DNA of 64,000 bases from Glaucostegus cemiculus. Taxonomy: Eukaryota. Shown piece by piece: positions 39,070-51,050 of this stretch (its first letter is position 1; each line of letters opens with the position of its first letter). The stretch spans positions 9,362,001 through 9,426,000 of the forward strand of contig CDPCPM010000092.1 of NCBI GenBank assembly GCA_976551045.1, written 5' to 3'. The notes beneath the pieces were generated by a model. That model worked only from the letters and a program-made list of their open reading frames with translations, was not told the DNA's origin and ran no database searches. The translations under genes and the position numbers were made by a program.

Positions 39070-39660
39070 TTTTCTTATCCCTTCCCTCTCCCTACCCCCA
39101 TCACCCAAGCATTCCCTCCCACACCTTTTTGGTTTGTGCTCCCTTCTGGTTTACTCCATGGTTCCTCAGATCACTCTCTGCATCCCTCACCCCAAAGATT
39201 TTTCATTGCTTCCACCCCACTGATCATCCTTCCCAACCCCCCCATCCCCTCTCCACTCTATTCGCTCCAGTATCCCCGATCATTCCAGCAACCATTTTCC
39301 TTCATAATTTTCCCTACCTTGTTCCAATCTGCTCTTATTCCATGATCTTCTCCAGATCCTCTGATGTCCCCATCACCATTCCCCACTACTCACGCCAACA
39401 TCTTCTTGGTCCGCTTCACATCCCCAGCCCCACAGTGATCTCCTCCCAACCTCTGAACTTCTCACTGGACCCTCCACAACTTTCTCCTCAATCATCCTCT
39501 CTCCCAACCCCCATCCTACCCAAATCCCCCTCCCCACCACTCTCATGCTTCTCCCACAATCTCACTACTCCCTTAACCTTCCATTCCTAAGATCTTGCCT
39601 TAAATCCTCTGATTTGCTCCCTCATTATGATCTTTTCTCTACCACTTTCTCACACTGCCA
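39070..39660. repeat. C/T-rich low-complexity tract
   Basis: Strong pyrimidine bias on the plus strand with no exact periodicity. It generates the Pro/Ser-rich spurious ORFs. Confidence 0.7.
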
Positions 39661-41129
39661 TCAACCAAGGTCTAGCGTGCATCTTGTCAGTAAATGATCA
39701 ATAGAATATCAACATGTGAAAGTAGAAAACATTTCCAGACAAAAGAATGTTTTGATGTCACTGTGGTTATTGTATTCCAAGACTTTTCTACTTTCCATTT
39801 ATTGTGTTTCCTCAATTCTTTTCATGCAGGAGGATCAGAGAGCTAGAAGCCATTCACGTCTTTAATTATAACAACTTGTTTATTTAAAAGTTTTGAGACA
39901 AATCAATTAAACTTTATCCTTGCAATGGTAAACCTGTCACAATTTAAAACAAACTGGCTGAGAATTTTTTGGTGCACCAGTGTTAAGTCACAAAGAAAAA
40001 TCACAATTAAGATATGCTTCTTTAAGAAGTTATCATTGTGTATTGCATCCTATTAAGTGTGTTAAATGCCAACCTGAGCTCTTCGCAGGTGACAACTGCT
40101 CGTGAAACATTTGCTGACCCATAGCAGGTGGAGGAGGCAGTGATAAAATCAGGGTGGGAGGGCACTCAGAGCCTGCAATCAGGGGTGACCCAAGCTCCTG
40201 CGATCAGCGGCACCCAGTAGTTCCACAGTTTGAGGGCTTGGCGAATCACACCTACCTATTATTAGGCCTCCATTTTTACAAAGGTTTGATAACATTGACT
40301 TATTTACTTTAAAAAATTCCTTCCATGAGAGGATTCTTTGAAGATAATAATAATATTCCAGCAGGCACACTTTAAATCACGCATATTTCACCAATTTCAG
40401 CTTGACTTCTTGACCCAATGTATGTCATTAAAAATTTAAATGACCCATGCATGTGGCTGACATCATCACTTGGGGACAATATAACAGATGAAGAAATCTG
40501 ACAAGTTGAATGCTGTATGTGCCCGGACCAATTTTCCAGTTGGCAAGATCTGTGCTGAAAATGCTTCAAAGTGGACAAGCTTTTGTATTTGCGATTTACC
40601 TATATAAAACGGGCACAAACAAGTCCAGTTTCTAGCCGAGTATCTTCTAAAAATGAAAACAATTTAGTTACTTTTCAAACAAGAAAGAACATCCCCAACT
40701 AATAAGGATGTAATTCTACTTCTGAAAATCTGGTAGAAATTACTTTTTAAATAAGCACAGATGGTTACAAGTCTAAAGCAAACATTAGACTAAAATTACT
40801 TTTCCTTCAGATAGTTGATGTGCTCTATAAAATAATGGGATGGATCTTTTGCTGACATCACTTGCTCTGAAAACCTGCTCTCGTGTGAAGGCCTCCCCCA
40901 ACATAATTGGCTGGCTGCCTCCCCAGAGTTGCCATGACAGCTAGTGAGGCCCCATCCCAATCTTATGAGCTGTCATTAACATTGGCAATGATTCAAAAAA
41001 TATTAAATAACAATGCCATTAAAATGTTAAAGTAATTAAAATGTCTTCTTCAGGAAACATGGGTTCCCCTTTACTGTGGTTGATGGAGCACTTACTTGCA
41101 TTAAAACAATTTGCTGGACTTATGCTCTC

Positions 41130-42310
41130 ACCACCCCTCCTCTAAACAGAGCAGAGATAGAGTTCCCTCCACATCTAGCACATCAAACTTTGTCTTTTTT
41201 TCCACCTGAAACAGGATCCCACCACTAGCCATATCTTCCCTTCTCCATTTCTTTCCACCTTCCGCACAGACCACTCCCTCCGTCAGTCTGTGTTCTGTTC
41301 ATCCCTCTCAACCCATCCTTCCCTAACCCTGAGCACTTTTTCCGGCAACCACAGAAGGTGCAACACTTGTTCCTACAACTCTTCCCTCACCACCATCCAG
41401 GGACCTTCTAGGTGAGGCGAAGATTCAAATGCACTGCCTACTGCTTTTGGTGCTCCTGGTGTGGCCTTCTCTTCATCAGCAAGACAGGTGTAGACACAGT
41501 CACCACTTTGCAGAGCACCTGCACTCTGTCTGCAATGGCCATTCCAAGTTCCTGGTTGTATGCCATTTCAACCCCACCTTCCCATTCCCACACCAACCTA
41601 TCTGTCCTCAGCCTTCACCACTGCCCAATGCAAACTAGAAGAACAATACGTATCCCGCCTGGATAGTCTCCAACTCAATAGTCTGAACATAGAATTTACC
41701 AATTTCAGGTAACCCTCACCTCCTATCCCCCCCCCCTCCTTCTGATCCACCTATATTTGTTCCCTTTCCTATACCACCCTCCCCCTCCACCACCCCCCAC
41801 GCCCCATCATCCAGTTGGTCCCCCCCCCCTCCTGGTGGTTTCACCTACTACCCACACATTTCACTCACTGGATCCCATCCCCATTTGGTTCCATCTACCT
41901 TCATTATCACTTTCCTTATTTATCAGATTCCAGCACTTGTATCCTTTGTGTCCCCACTTATCACCATCCAGCCTCTGACGCTACCTACACCCTCCCCTCC
42001 CCTCACCTGGCTCCCTTTCCATTTTTACCTTGTCCACTTCCGCTTATCATGCACCTGCCTCTGCCTCCCAACTCTACCTCTCCCCTCCTCTACCTGGTGC
42101 CTTCTGCCCATCATCTCTTACCCCTCCTCAGTTCACCTAGTGCCTTTTGGCGCCTGTCTCACCTCCCCCTCTCTTCTCTGTTTACTGGCTATCTTCTTTC
42201 TCCACTCTCTGTCTTGATGCAGGGTCTCAACCTGAAACATTGACAACTCCTTTCCCCTCCACATAGATTCTGCCCAACTCGCTGAGTTCCTTCAACAGTT
42301 TGCTTTCGCT
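41130..42310 (+). mobile_element. Penelope-like element 3' part: decayed GIY-YIG endonuclease, pyrimidine-rich spacer, terminal repeat
   Basis: RRCNTC, VRRRFKC..YCFWCSWCGLLFISKT, FAEHLHSV, VVCHFN and LEEQ...LNIEFTNFR* motifs typical of PLE GIY-YIG domains. Confidence 0.85.
42210..42245 (+). ncRNA. Decayed minimal hammerhead-ribozyme-like motif in the Penelope terminal repeat
   Basis: tgtc-TTGATGC-agggtctcaacct-GAAA-catt-gaca has a helix I / core / helix II / GAAA layout. The core deviates from CUGANGA. Confidence 0.45.
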
Positions 42311-42804
42311 GTGATTGGAAAACACATTTGACTAGACATGGAATTTCACCCCTTCTTGACACAATAAACAAATGTTGATTCACCTCCTCATAAAATTGTG
42401 AAATTGGACAAAAAACACTTTTAAAAAAGTTACACAGAGAATCATTGGCCAAAAGGGGACCTGAGCAGTTCCTTTTGGATCATTCTGTCATCAGGCACAG
42501 TCAACTCCTGTGCCATGAGTGACCCCAAACCACCACAAGGTGCAGGCGAGAGGTTACTGCATGCCACTCAGTAAGGACCTAATTATAAAGTCCACGATCA
42601 GTCAAGTGATTCTTTTTCCACACTGCTAAGCATCGAAAAAATAAGACTACCAGAACCAGCCTGCAAGACCTTGATGTAACAGTGCAAACCTGTTAATCAG
42701 CGTCTCATTTCCAAATTCCGAACGATGTGCTCCTACTTTTTCCGTGAATCAATGGCCCATCTCAAAAGTTCCACACTAAAGTTCCAATTTCAGCAGACAG
42801 TTCA

Positions 42805-43610
42805 ACATGAATAAGCTGGCAGGAAGTTGGCAGATGGAGTATAATATGGACAAATGTGAGGTTATCCACTTTGAAAAGAAGAATGAAAAGGGAAATTATC
42901 TAAATAGAGTGAGACTACAAAATGCTTCAATGCAGTGCGGTCTGGCAGCCCTGGTGCATGAAACACAACAGATTGGCGCGCACGACCAATGAGTAATTAG
43001 GAAGGCTAAAATAATGTTGACTTTTTTTGTGCAGTGTATAGTTATAGAGGGAAGGCAAATGTTGGTGCACTGTTATAAGGTGGTGCTAAGACTGCACCTG
43101 GACTATCGTGTGTTGTTTTAGAGGTAGTACAGATCAGATGCAGTAGGTTGATTCCTGGCATGAAGTAGTAGACAGATGAAGAAATGTTGAGCAGGTTGGG
43201 CCTATGCTCATTGGAGTTTAGCAGAATGAGAAGCGACCATGTTGAAAGAAATAAGATTCAGAGAGGGATTGATAGAGTGGATGCTGAGAGGACATTTCCA
43301 CTAGTGGAGGTATCTAGAAATAGGGAACATATTTTCAGAATAAAGATAAGCCTATGTGAAACCAAAATGAGGTATTTCTTCTCTCTGGGGGTTGTGCCTC
43401 TGGAATCCTCTACTTCTGAGTGCTGGGAGAGACAGAATCACTGAATATATGCAAGGCAGACTTTGACAGACATTTAAACTACAAGGGAGCCGGGTCTTGT
43501 AGGAAGAGAGTGGGAAGATGATGTTGAGATCATGACTGAATCAGCCATGATCTTACTCCATGGCGGAGGAGGCTTGAGGAGCTGACTAGCCTGTTTCTTA
43601 TGTTCTTATA
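42805..43610 (+). mobile_element. CR1 3' fragment
   Basis: WQMEYNMDKCEVIHF and LSRLGLCSLEFSRMRSD peptides. Tail tttcttatgttcttat. Confidence 0.85.
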
Positions 43611-45198
43611 AAAGCAATATGCCCCAGGTAAGTTTGCGTTTATGCAATGTGCACATAAAAATCCCATAGCCATTTTTCATTTGGGAGTAATGAACTGTGA
43701 TCGAAATCTTCAGCAGTCATTTAAAAATAAATAATGCAAGCAATATAGCTTATTAGTAAAATTCTTTCTTCCATGTGTCAAGCCATTTGGTTATGTTCAT
43801 TGGTTTATAGATACAAGCTTCCCCATCACCCTTTCACTCTATATTTTGTTCTTTTTACCAGTGGAGTTCAGAACTGATTCTAAATAATCACCTAAACCAG
43901 ACTTTTACATCTTGTTTCACGCTGCAACCATGTCACATATTTTAATTTTAAGTGATCCATGATTTATTTGTGGTCATCATATCCGTTGTTTATTTGTGCT
44001 TCTGCTTCAGAGTAGGCGAAGGGATGCTTAGTGTTGCTGAATGCACTGATTCAGTTATTTGGTCCACTTCACTAAGCATATTTACTCAAGTCAGAATTTA
44101 AGCTCGGAAACTTTTCCTTACTTCTCACCCCTTCCCTCTGTCAACAATCATTTTCCAGCAGTAATCCATGTAGCTAATGAAAATATGTATCACTTCCAAT
44201 AGAACACAAGTCATTAGGGGATGTGGAACTCAGATGCAATCTTTTATCACATATTTCTACAATAATCAGACCAACTTTTAAAGAATAAACTTTGAGGAAT
44301 TACTTGCTATGATCAGATTTTAAAGTAAAATTCACCACCTCAACCCTTAGTTTTGGTTAGGACTATGAAACACAAATCACTAACCTAACTTGTTTCAAAT
44401 ATACAATACATTTAAAATGGAAATTAGGCATATCTTGGAATGGCTTAACCATGATTAATTTTGGATTACTTGTAATGCTTGTCACACAGTAATTTTAGAT
44501 GAGGACAAACTTATTTCATTCCATCCAGGAAAACATTACGAGGCCAACCTTACCCTTACCACCTCATTTACTGTATTTAATTGTTTTTTCATTGAGTCCA
44601 AAGACTTGACAAGAAGTTGCTCAATTGAATCTTCCTAGGATTCCTCAGCATTACATTTTGGAGTAATCTCTCAGATCTTTGCCAAGTTGGATCTGGCAAG
44701 GGATCTGACACCTTTAGTCGACTCAGTGAGAATTGTAGGGCAGAGGACGAGGTAGCAAAATTACTTACCTAAAATTATTTTGTTTTACTTTAATATTGGT
44801 TTTTTTTTAGCATTTTAGTTAACTTAATTTTATTTTTTTATTTCTTATTTATACCAATTATAACAGTTTTTAGTTATTTCTGAATGGCAGAGATATTTAA
44901 AAGCCACCACAAATCAGATTTAGCTTTTACAGTTGATAGAACTCCACTGTCAACTTTGCCAGCGGTCAGAGAATGGAGGGGCTCTTCAAGGACAAAGCCT
45001 CTTCACTGCCACATGATGCTTTGTTACCATTTAAGGCAATGCTCTTGATTCCATGATGCACCGGACCAATAAGATTGCCATACAAACAAAGTAACACACT
45101 ATCTTAGAGTTTCCTTCCTGTATCTTTGCTTTGTGTACTTGGTGCATACATTAACTATTTGTTTAACTTAGGGTTTGTGAACTATTTACTGTCTCCAG

Positions 45199-45441
45199 GG
45201 TCAAGCTGATCTGCTGAAACATGCTAAGGTTGAAGCATTGGACAACCTGAAGCAAATCCATTATGCTGCAGTGTCCTGTGGTCTGAATAAGCCAGGCACT
45301 GGGAATGCAGAATCATCCAAGACAAGGCGAAGCCTAGAGGCCATCCCTGAGAAGGAAAATGTGGATATTGGAGCTGGGGATCGAGCTGCAGAATCTCACC
45401 AAAATACAACCACTGAAAAATCCATCAAAGCCACCAAATGA
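45199..45441 (+). CDS. PLCL2: PLCL2 terminal coding exon, [35 protein letters not shown]...[10 protein letters not shown]...ATK*
   Basis: Acceptor tttactgtctccAG. [19 protein letters not shown] and RRSLE.IPEK match the PLCL2 C-terminus rather than PLCL1 (recalled). Stop TGA ends at 45441. Confidence 0.95.
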   Translation, partial: GQADLLKHAKVEALDNLKQIHYAAVSCGLNKPGTGNAESSKTRRSLEAIPEKENVDIGAGDRAAESHQNTTTEKSIKATK

Positions 45442-46267
45442 AGACAATCACATGGAACATTTGGTTTGCACTTGAAAGCCTTCTTGGGTTGGTTGGTTTT
45501 CGTACTTTGGGAATTCTAAAGCACAATTCTGGGTCTTGGTATAATGTGACAAATGGAGTAATGAATGTAATACTTCTCCAAGTGAAAATATACTACTAGT
45601 GATGGAAATTTACTACTGCTTTAAACAAGTGGTGGAACATTGAATGTTCATCTGCCAAACTAATATGTATATATGATGTCACAAAAAATCAGTTAAAGTG
45701 TTAACTTTTTTTCTAGTAACTTATGCTGCCTTTTTACATTCTTTTTGTAAATGTAACATTTCTCTAGATACCTAAATTACATGTCTGAATTTGAGTGCAA
45801 AATGGTTGTTATACAGAAGAATATGTAAAGTATATATAAATACAATGAAGTGTCTGTAGTGAAGCCACCTAAATATTGCAAAGCTTGTTGAGCCATAAGT
45901 GGAATCACGTATCATTGACTGTGGTCACTGAGCATCAGTGCACTTTACAATGACCATTAATCAAGCTGGAAAAAATCTACTGTAAATTCTGCTCTTTAGA
46001 GTTGATTGTTAATGTTAAAAAAAAAACATTTGAAGTGCTTGTACCCAATGTCTGGTGACCAAATAGACAGCAGCTTTTAGCAAGTTGTTGAAATGTATAT
46101 AGTTATTATTTCATGAAGTGGAAAAGTTAGGCTTATTAATTTCCACAAGAAAGGATTTCCAAGCCAGTAACTTATTCATGCAGTGCATTGCCAGCAGCCA
46201 TGATCTTCCATATTGCTAAATGTACGTGATTCACTTGGAAAGAAGGGAAATACTTTGACCTCTCTTT

Positions 46268-46732
46268 CACAAGAACACAATAGGAGCAGGAGTAGACCAC
46301 CTAGCCCCTCAAGCCTGCCCAGCCATTCAGTATGATCATGGCTGATCTATGCTGGCCTCAACTCCTCTTCTGTGCCACTTCCCCATAACCCACAATTCCT
46401 TGATCTTTCAAATATTTACCTATCTCCACTTTAAATTTATCTAATGATCTGGCCTCCACCAATCTTGGGGTAGAGAATTCTAGAGATTCACGATCGTCTA
46501 GGGGTAGAAATTTCTATGCACCTCATTTTTAAATGACCTACCCCTTATTTTGTAGCTATGTCCTTTGTTCATGACTCTCCCACTAGTGGAAACATCTCAA
46601 TATCTGCCCTGTCAAGCGCCCTTAGTGCATGTTTGAATGTCACCCATCATTCTTCCAAATTCCAAGGAATACACACCCAAACTGCCCAGTCCCTCTTGAT
46701 AGGACAACCCTCTCATCCCAGGAATTAGCCTG
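46268..46732 (-). mobile_element. CR1 3' fragment, antisense to PLCL2
   Basis: cacaagaacacaataggagcaggagtagacc tail and a decayed ORF2 end on the minus strand. Confidence 0.85.
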
Positions 46733-46865
46733 TTCTAGCTCTATGAATTACTTGAAAATCACAGTATAAAGTGTTAATTTCATCATTGTTGGCAGGCTTG
46801 AACCAATCAAACAGTGTTGGGTTTGTTTAGAGCGAAGCAGCAACGAATGTTTGCATTTTTTAAAA

Positions 46866-46871
46866 AATAAA
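46866..46871 (+). terminator. Candidate polyadenylation signal AATAAA
   Basis: First AATAAA after the PLCL2 stop, followed by U/GU-rich tracts at about 46920-46970. Confidence 0.45.
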
Positions 46872-48309
46872 GTCCATTTGAAATCCACCCAAAATACTGG
46901 TCTAGTGTGCAAAATAGTTCAGTTTTTGCTGCAGATCTTTGTTCTGGGTTTTTAAATGTGTTGTGATGTGGACAAATTCACTGCTACGTTTTGCAAGTTA
47001 TATTATCAATGACAAATGAAAAAAGACAGAAGAAATCTTTAGCCAAACCTCACCCCTTTTGGTCAAAACAAAGCATAAAGAGTATATGAAAATTATATAG
47101 GCCTAAAAAACCCTTGTATGGTTTTTCTAGCTAGCCCTGGAGATAATTACTTTCCAATTGCCAACCCTCAAATATCAAATTCTTCCTTGGTCGTTACCGC
47201 ACTTTGATTCTACCACTTTACTAGGCATTCTGCATGTTTGCTAATGCATAAGTCGTTGTAATCTGTCTCCTCTCCCTGAGCTGTATTCCCGGCTCTTAAT
47301 TTTTGTGATAATCGAAAACATATCATTAGGGTTCAATTGATCTAACCTGCTAAGTAATTACTTTTTACTCCTTTGAGTTTTCTGTTCTCACAGGTTCTTA
47401 AAATGTCTTCTTGCAGTGAGAGGGCAGATTTTCTTGTGCATACACATGGCAGAAGGGATCACATGGGTGCTGCTCATGGAGCAAAGTCAGGTAGACTCAC
47501 GTTGCAGCTCACGTCTCTCTGTCCAAACTTCCTTTAGGCATTGTGGCTATTTATATCAGTCAGTGGAGGGAAAAGTCTATCCTGCAATGTCTTGTCAGTC
47601 ATCAATTTTCTTGTCTTTCCTTTCCCTGCCTTCAATGTGTTGGTATTAATGATGTGGAATAGCTGACTGAACTGTGCACAGAACTCCAGGTATGGCCATT
47701 CCTGTGCTTGCACACATTTCTCACTTCTTAGAACTTCTAATATTGTAGCAATCCTTCATTACTTAATCTTCAGAGGAAAACATCACCACATTTTATCCAA
47801 CCCTTCTAATATTTTGACTTATGCCTGCACTCCATAAACTACTTTTCCTTGGATTCAAAAAAACCCTGGAGATAGATGTTTTGTCTTTACTGGTTGGGCC
47901 CTTATAAAATGCAGCAGATCTTTCAATCATAAAACCCAGGCATTGAAATTCTTGGAATGAAATTTTAATAGGTTCTACAAGGGCTGGTGCTAAGCTTTGT
48001 CATTCAGTGAAGGCAAAATCTAACTCTATGAAACTCATCTATGCCTATATTTAATATATTACTTCAAAATGTATTTCTGTCTTGCTATTTACCCAGATCT
48101 GTTTTGAAGTATTAAGAAGTTGTTACTCTGCAATATGTACAGTTGGGGAAGAAAATAATCATGCTGAATGTGGGTTTACTCTACACCTGTGTTCCACAAG
48201 CACAGGATCCAAGTATTGCCTCCTCCAATGCATTTAAAGAGCAGCCACACTAATAATCCATGCAAGAATCCTTCAAAGAAAACAAATGCATGAATTCTCT
48301 AGCCAGCTG

Positions 48310-49082
48310 CTGTTTGGGCCAGTTCTGTCATTTAATAAGATCGTGGCTTATCTTCAAGTTCACATTCCTGCTGATCTATACATCCCTTGATTCTCTTATT
48401 GTTCAAAATATAACTGTCTTAACCCCGAATATAATCAATATCAGAGCATCCACAGCTCTTGGGTAAAGTATTACAGAGACTCATAACCCTCTGAATAAAG
48501 GACTTTCTCCTAGCCTCATTCCCAAGACTGTGAACTCATATTTTGACACTATGCCTTCTGTTTGTAAACTCTCCAGTTAAAGGAAACTGTTTCAGAATGT
48601 CTGCCTTGAAAATCTGTCTCAGAAATTTGTATGCTTCAATCAGATTACTTGTATTTTCCCCTACACCAGATAGAAGTGACCCATCCTACTTAATCTCCTC
48701 TCATAGCACAACTCCTTCATACCTGAAACTCCTCAAGTGAACCTATGCAAACAGATCTTTCCTTAGTTACAGAGATCCAAACAGCACATGATTCAGGTAT
48801 GATTTAACCAAAACTCTGCACAGATGCATAAAGACTTCCCATGCTTTGTACTCCAAACCTCTTGAAATAAAGGCCAGGGATCCACTTGGCTTTGGAAGGT
48901 CCTGCTATACCTGCATGTTAACTTTCTGCACTTCACAATATTCTAACATTTGCAGAATTCCCATCAGGTGAAAAAAATGATTTCTATTTTCCTACCAAAA
49001 TAATCTCACATTTTTCCATTTGCCATTTTATTCATTTGCAGACTCCTTGCATCCTCCTTGCAGCTCACTTTCCCGCCAAACT
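48310..49082 (-). mobile_element. Old CR1 remnant
   Basis: Decayed 3' UTR and ORF2 C-terminus on the minus strand. Confidence 0.65.
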
Positions 49083-50195
49083 AACATAGAACATTACAGC
49101 ACAGTACAGGCCCTTCAGCCCACAATGTTGTGCAGACATTTTATCCTGCTCTAGTATCTATCTAAACCTTCCCTCCCACATAGCCCCCTATTTTTCTATC
49201 ATTCATGTGCCTACCTAAGAGTCTCTTAAATGTCCCTAATATATCTGCCTCTACAACCTCTGCCGGCAGTGCGTTCCACGCACCCACCACCCTCTGTGTA
49301 AAAAACTTACCCCTGACATCCCCTTTATACATTCCTCCAATCACCTTAAAATTATGTCCCCTCGTGTTAGCCATTGTCCCCTGGGAAAAAGTCTCCGACC
49401 GTCCACTCGATCCATGCCTCCCACCATCCTGTACACCCCTATCAAGTCACCTCTCATTCTCCATCTTTCCAAAAAGAAAAGCCCTAGCTCGCTCAACCTA
49501 TCCTGATAAGACATGCTCTCCAATCCAGGCAGCATCCCAATACATCTCCTCTGCACCCTCTCTAAAGGTTCCACATCTTTCCTATAATGAGCCAACCAGA
49601 ACTGAATACAATTCTCCAAGTGTGGTCTGACCAGAGTTCTATAGAGCTGCAACGTCACCTCACGGCTCTTGAACTCAATACCCTGACTAATGAAGGCCAA
49701 CACTCCATACGGCTTCTTAACAACCCTATCGACCTGCGTGGAAACCTTGAGGGATCTATGGACGTGGACCCCAAGATCCATCTGTTCCTCCACACTGCTA
49801 AGAGTCCTGTCATTAACCTTGTATTCTGCCTTCAAATTCGATCTCCCAAAGTGCATCACTTCACACATCTGGGTTGAACTCCATCCGTCACTTCTCAGCC
49901 TAGCTCTATTCTATCAATATCCCGTTGTAATCTACAGCAACTTTCTACACTATCCACAACACCACCAACCTTTGTATCATCAGCCAACTTACTAACCCAC
50001 CCTTCGACATCCTCATCCAAGTCATTTATAAAAACGACAAAGAGCAAGGATCCCAGAACAGATCCCTGTGGAACACCACTGGTCACTGACCTCCAGGCAG
50101 AATACGCTCCATCTACCACCACCCTCTGTCTTCTATGGGCAAGCCAGTTCTGAATCTACACAGCCAATTTTCCCTGGATCCCATGCCTCCTGACT
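49083..50195 (-). mobile_element. Younger 5'-truncated CR1 (RT C-terminal half and 3' UTR)
   Basis: SGVPQGSVLGSLLF, KLADDTKVGG, LYRTLVRPHLENCIQFW and KFFTQRVVGAWNALP motifs with frameshifts. Confidence 0.95.
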
Positions 50196-50574
50196 TACTG
50201 AACATCACGAGTAATTGTAAATCGTACATCAATTTACCAGTGCTGACAGGCAGTCTCTGGGTAATTTTTTGCAGCATTTTTCACCTATTCCATAAATGAA
50301 TCCTGCGCCTGCATATCTGTAACAAATGGTATGATGAGCAACAGGATCTAAAACGCAAAAGTGCAGTTATCATCAGCAAAGCCAGTTTACAATTCAGTTA
50401 CCTAATTTGAAATCAATCCTGTAAATTTTAATCATTATCTATAAGCCCTATTCATGAAGTATTACTGAAATGCCCTCAGAAAATCAAATTAAATTATTTC
50501 TGCCAGACAGTCCTCAACTAATATGGGTAACTCCTGCTGTACTTATGCTATCAAGCATGTTGATGATAAATCTT

Positions 50575-51050
50575 TAGAAGAATTCAGTGGGTCAGGCAGC
50601 ATCTTTGGAGGAAAAATGCATTAGTCAATGTTTTGGGTCAAGACCCTGCATCAGGACTAAGAGGGAGCAAGATAGATTGCCAGTATATACCAGTACATAG
50701 GGAGTGGGATAGAGGCTTGTAGGTGATAGGTGGAACCAAGTGGGGAGGTGGGACAGAAGCTGGCAAGTGATAGGTGGTGCCACTTATCACCTGTCAGCCT
50801 CTGACCCACACCCCCCTCACCCACCTGGTTACATCTGCCCATCATCCATTCCCCATTTGGTTCCACCTATCACCTACCAGCCTTTATCTCTCACCCTATG
50901 TACTGCTACACATTGGCAATTATTCCTGTTCCCTCTCAGTCCTGATGCAAGGTCTTGACCTAAAACAGATCAAGAACTTGCATCACAGATGCTGTGTGAT
51001 CCACTGATTTTTTCCAGTGTTCTAGATTTCAACATCTGCAGTCTCTTTTG
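50575..51050. mobile_element. Large inverted-repeat (hairpin) Penelope-terminal-repeat element
   Basis: Arms about 200 bp and about 270 bp are inverted around 50778-50779 (gtgataggtgg-tg-ccacttatcac). Each arm is homologous to 41880-42310. Confidence 0.85.
50621..50660 (-). ncRNA. Decayed minimal hammerhead-ribozyme-like motif
   Basis: Minus strand ttagtc-CTGATGC-agggtcttgaccc-AAAA-catt-gactaa. The 6-bp helix I and GGGTC/GACCC helix II are intact. The GAAAC side can be explained by CpG decay. Confidence 0.5.

Larger units (their letters stand above)
45442..46890 (+). other. PLCL2: Probable PLCL2 3' UTR (end uncertain)
   Basis: AT-rich sequence after the stop codon. The first canonical AATAAA is at 46866. 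An earlier non-canonical end is possible (TATAAA near 45835, A-run near 46017). Confidence 0.5.

Noticed and set aside
39066-39590. 174-aa Pro/Ser-rich ORF
   Set aside because: Artefact of a C/T-rich low-complexity tract that lacks stop codons.
32220-43610. Inverted CR1 copies flanking the 110-nt exon as drivers of circular RNA
   Set aside because: The copies belong to diverged subfamilies and look too dissimilar by eye for stable pairing.
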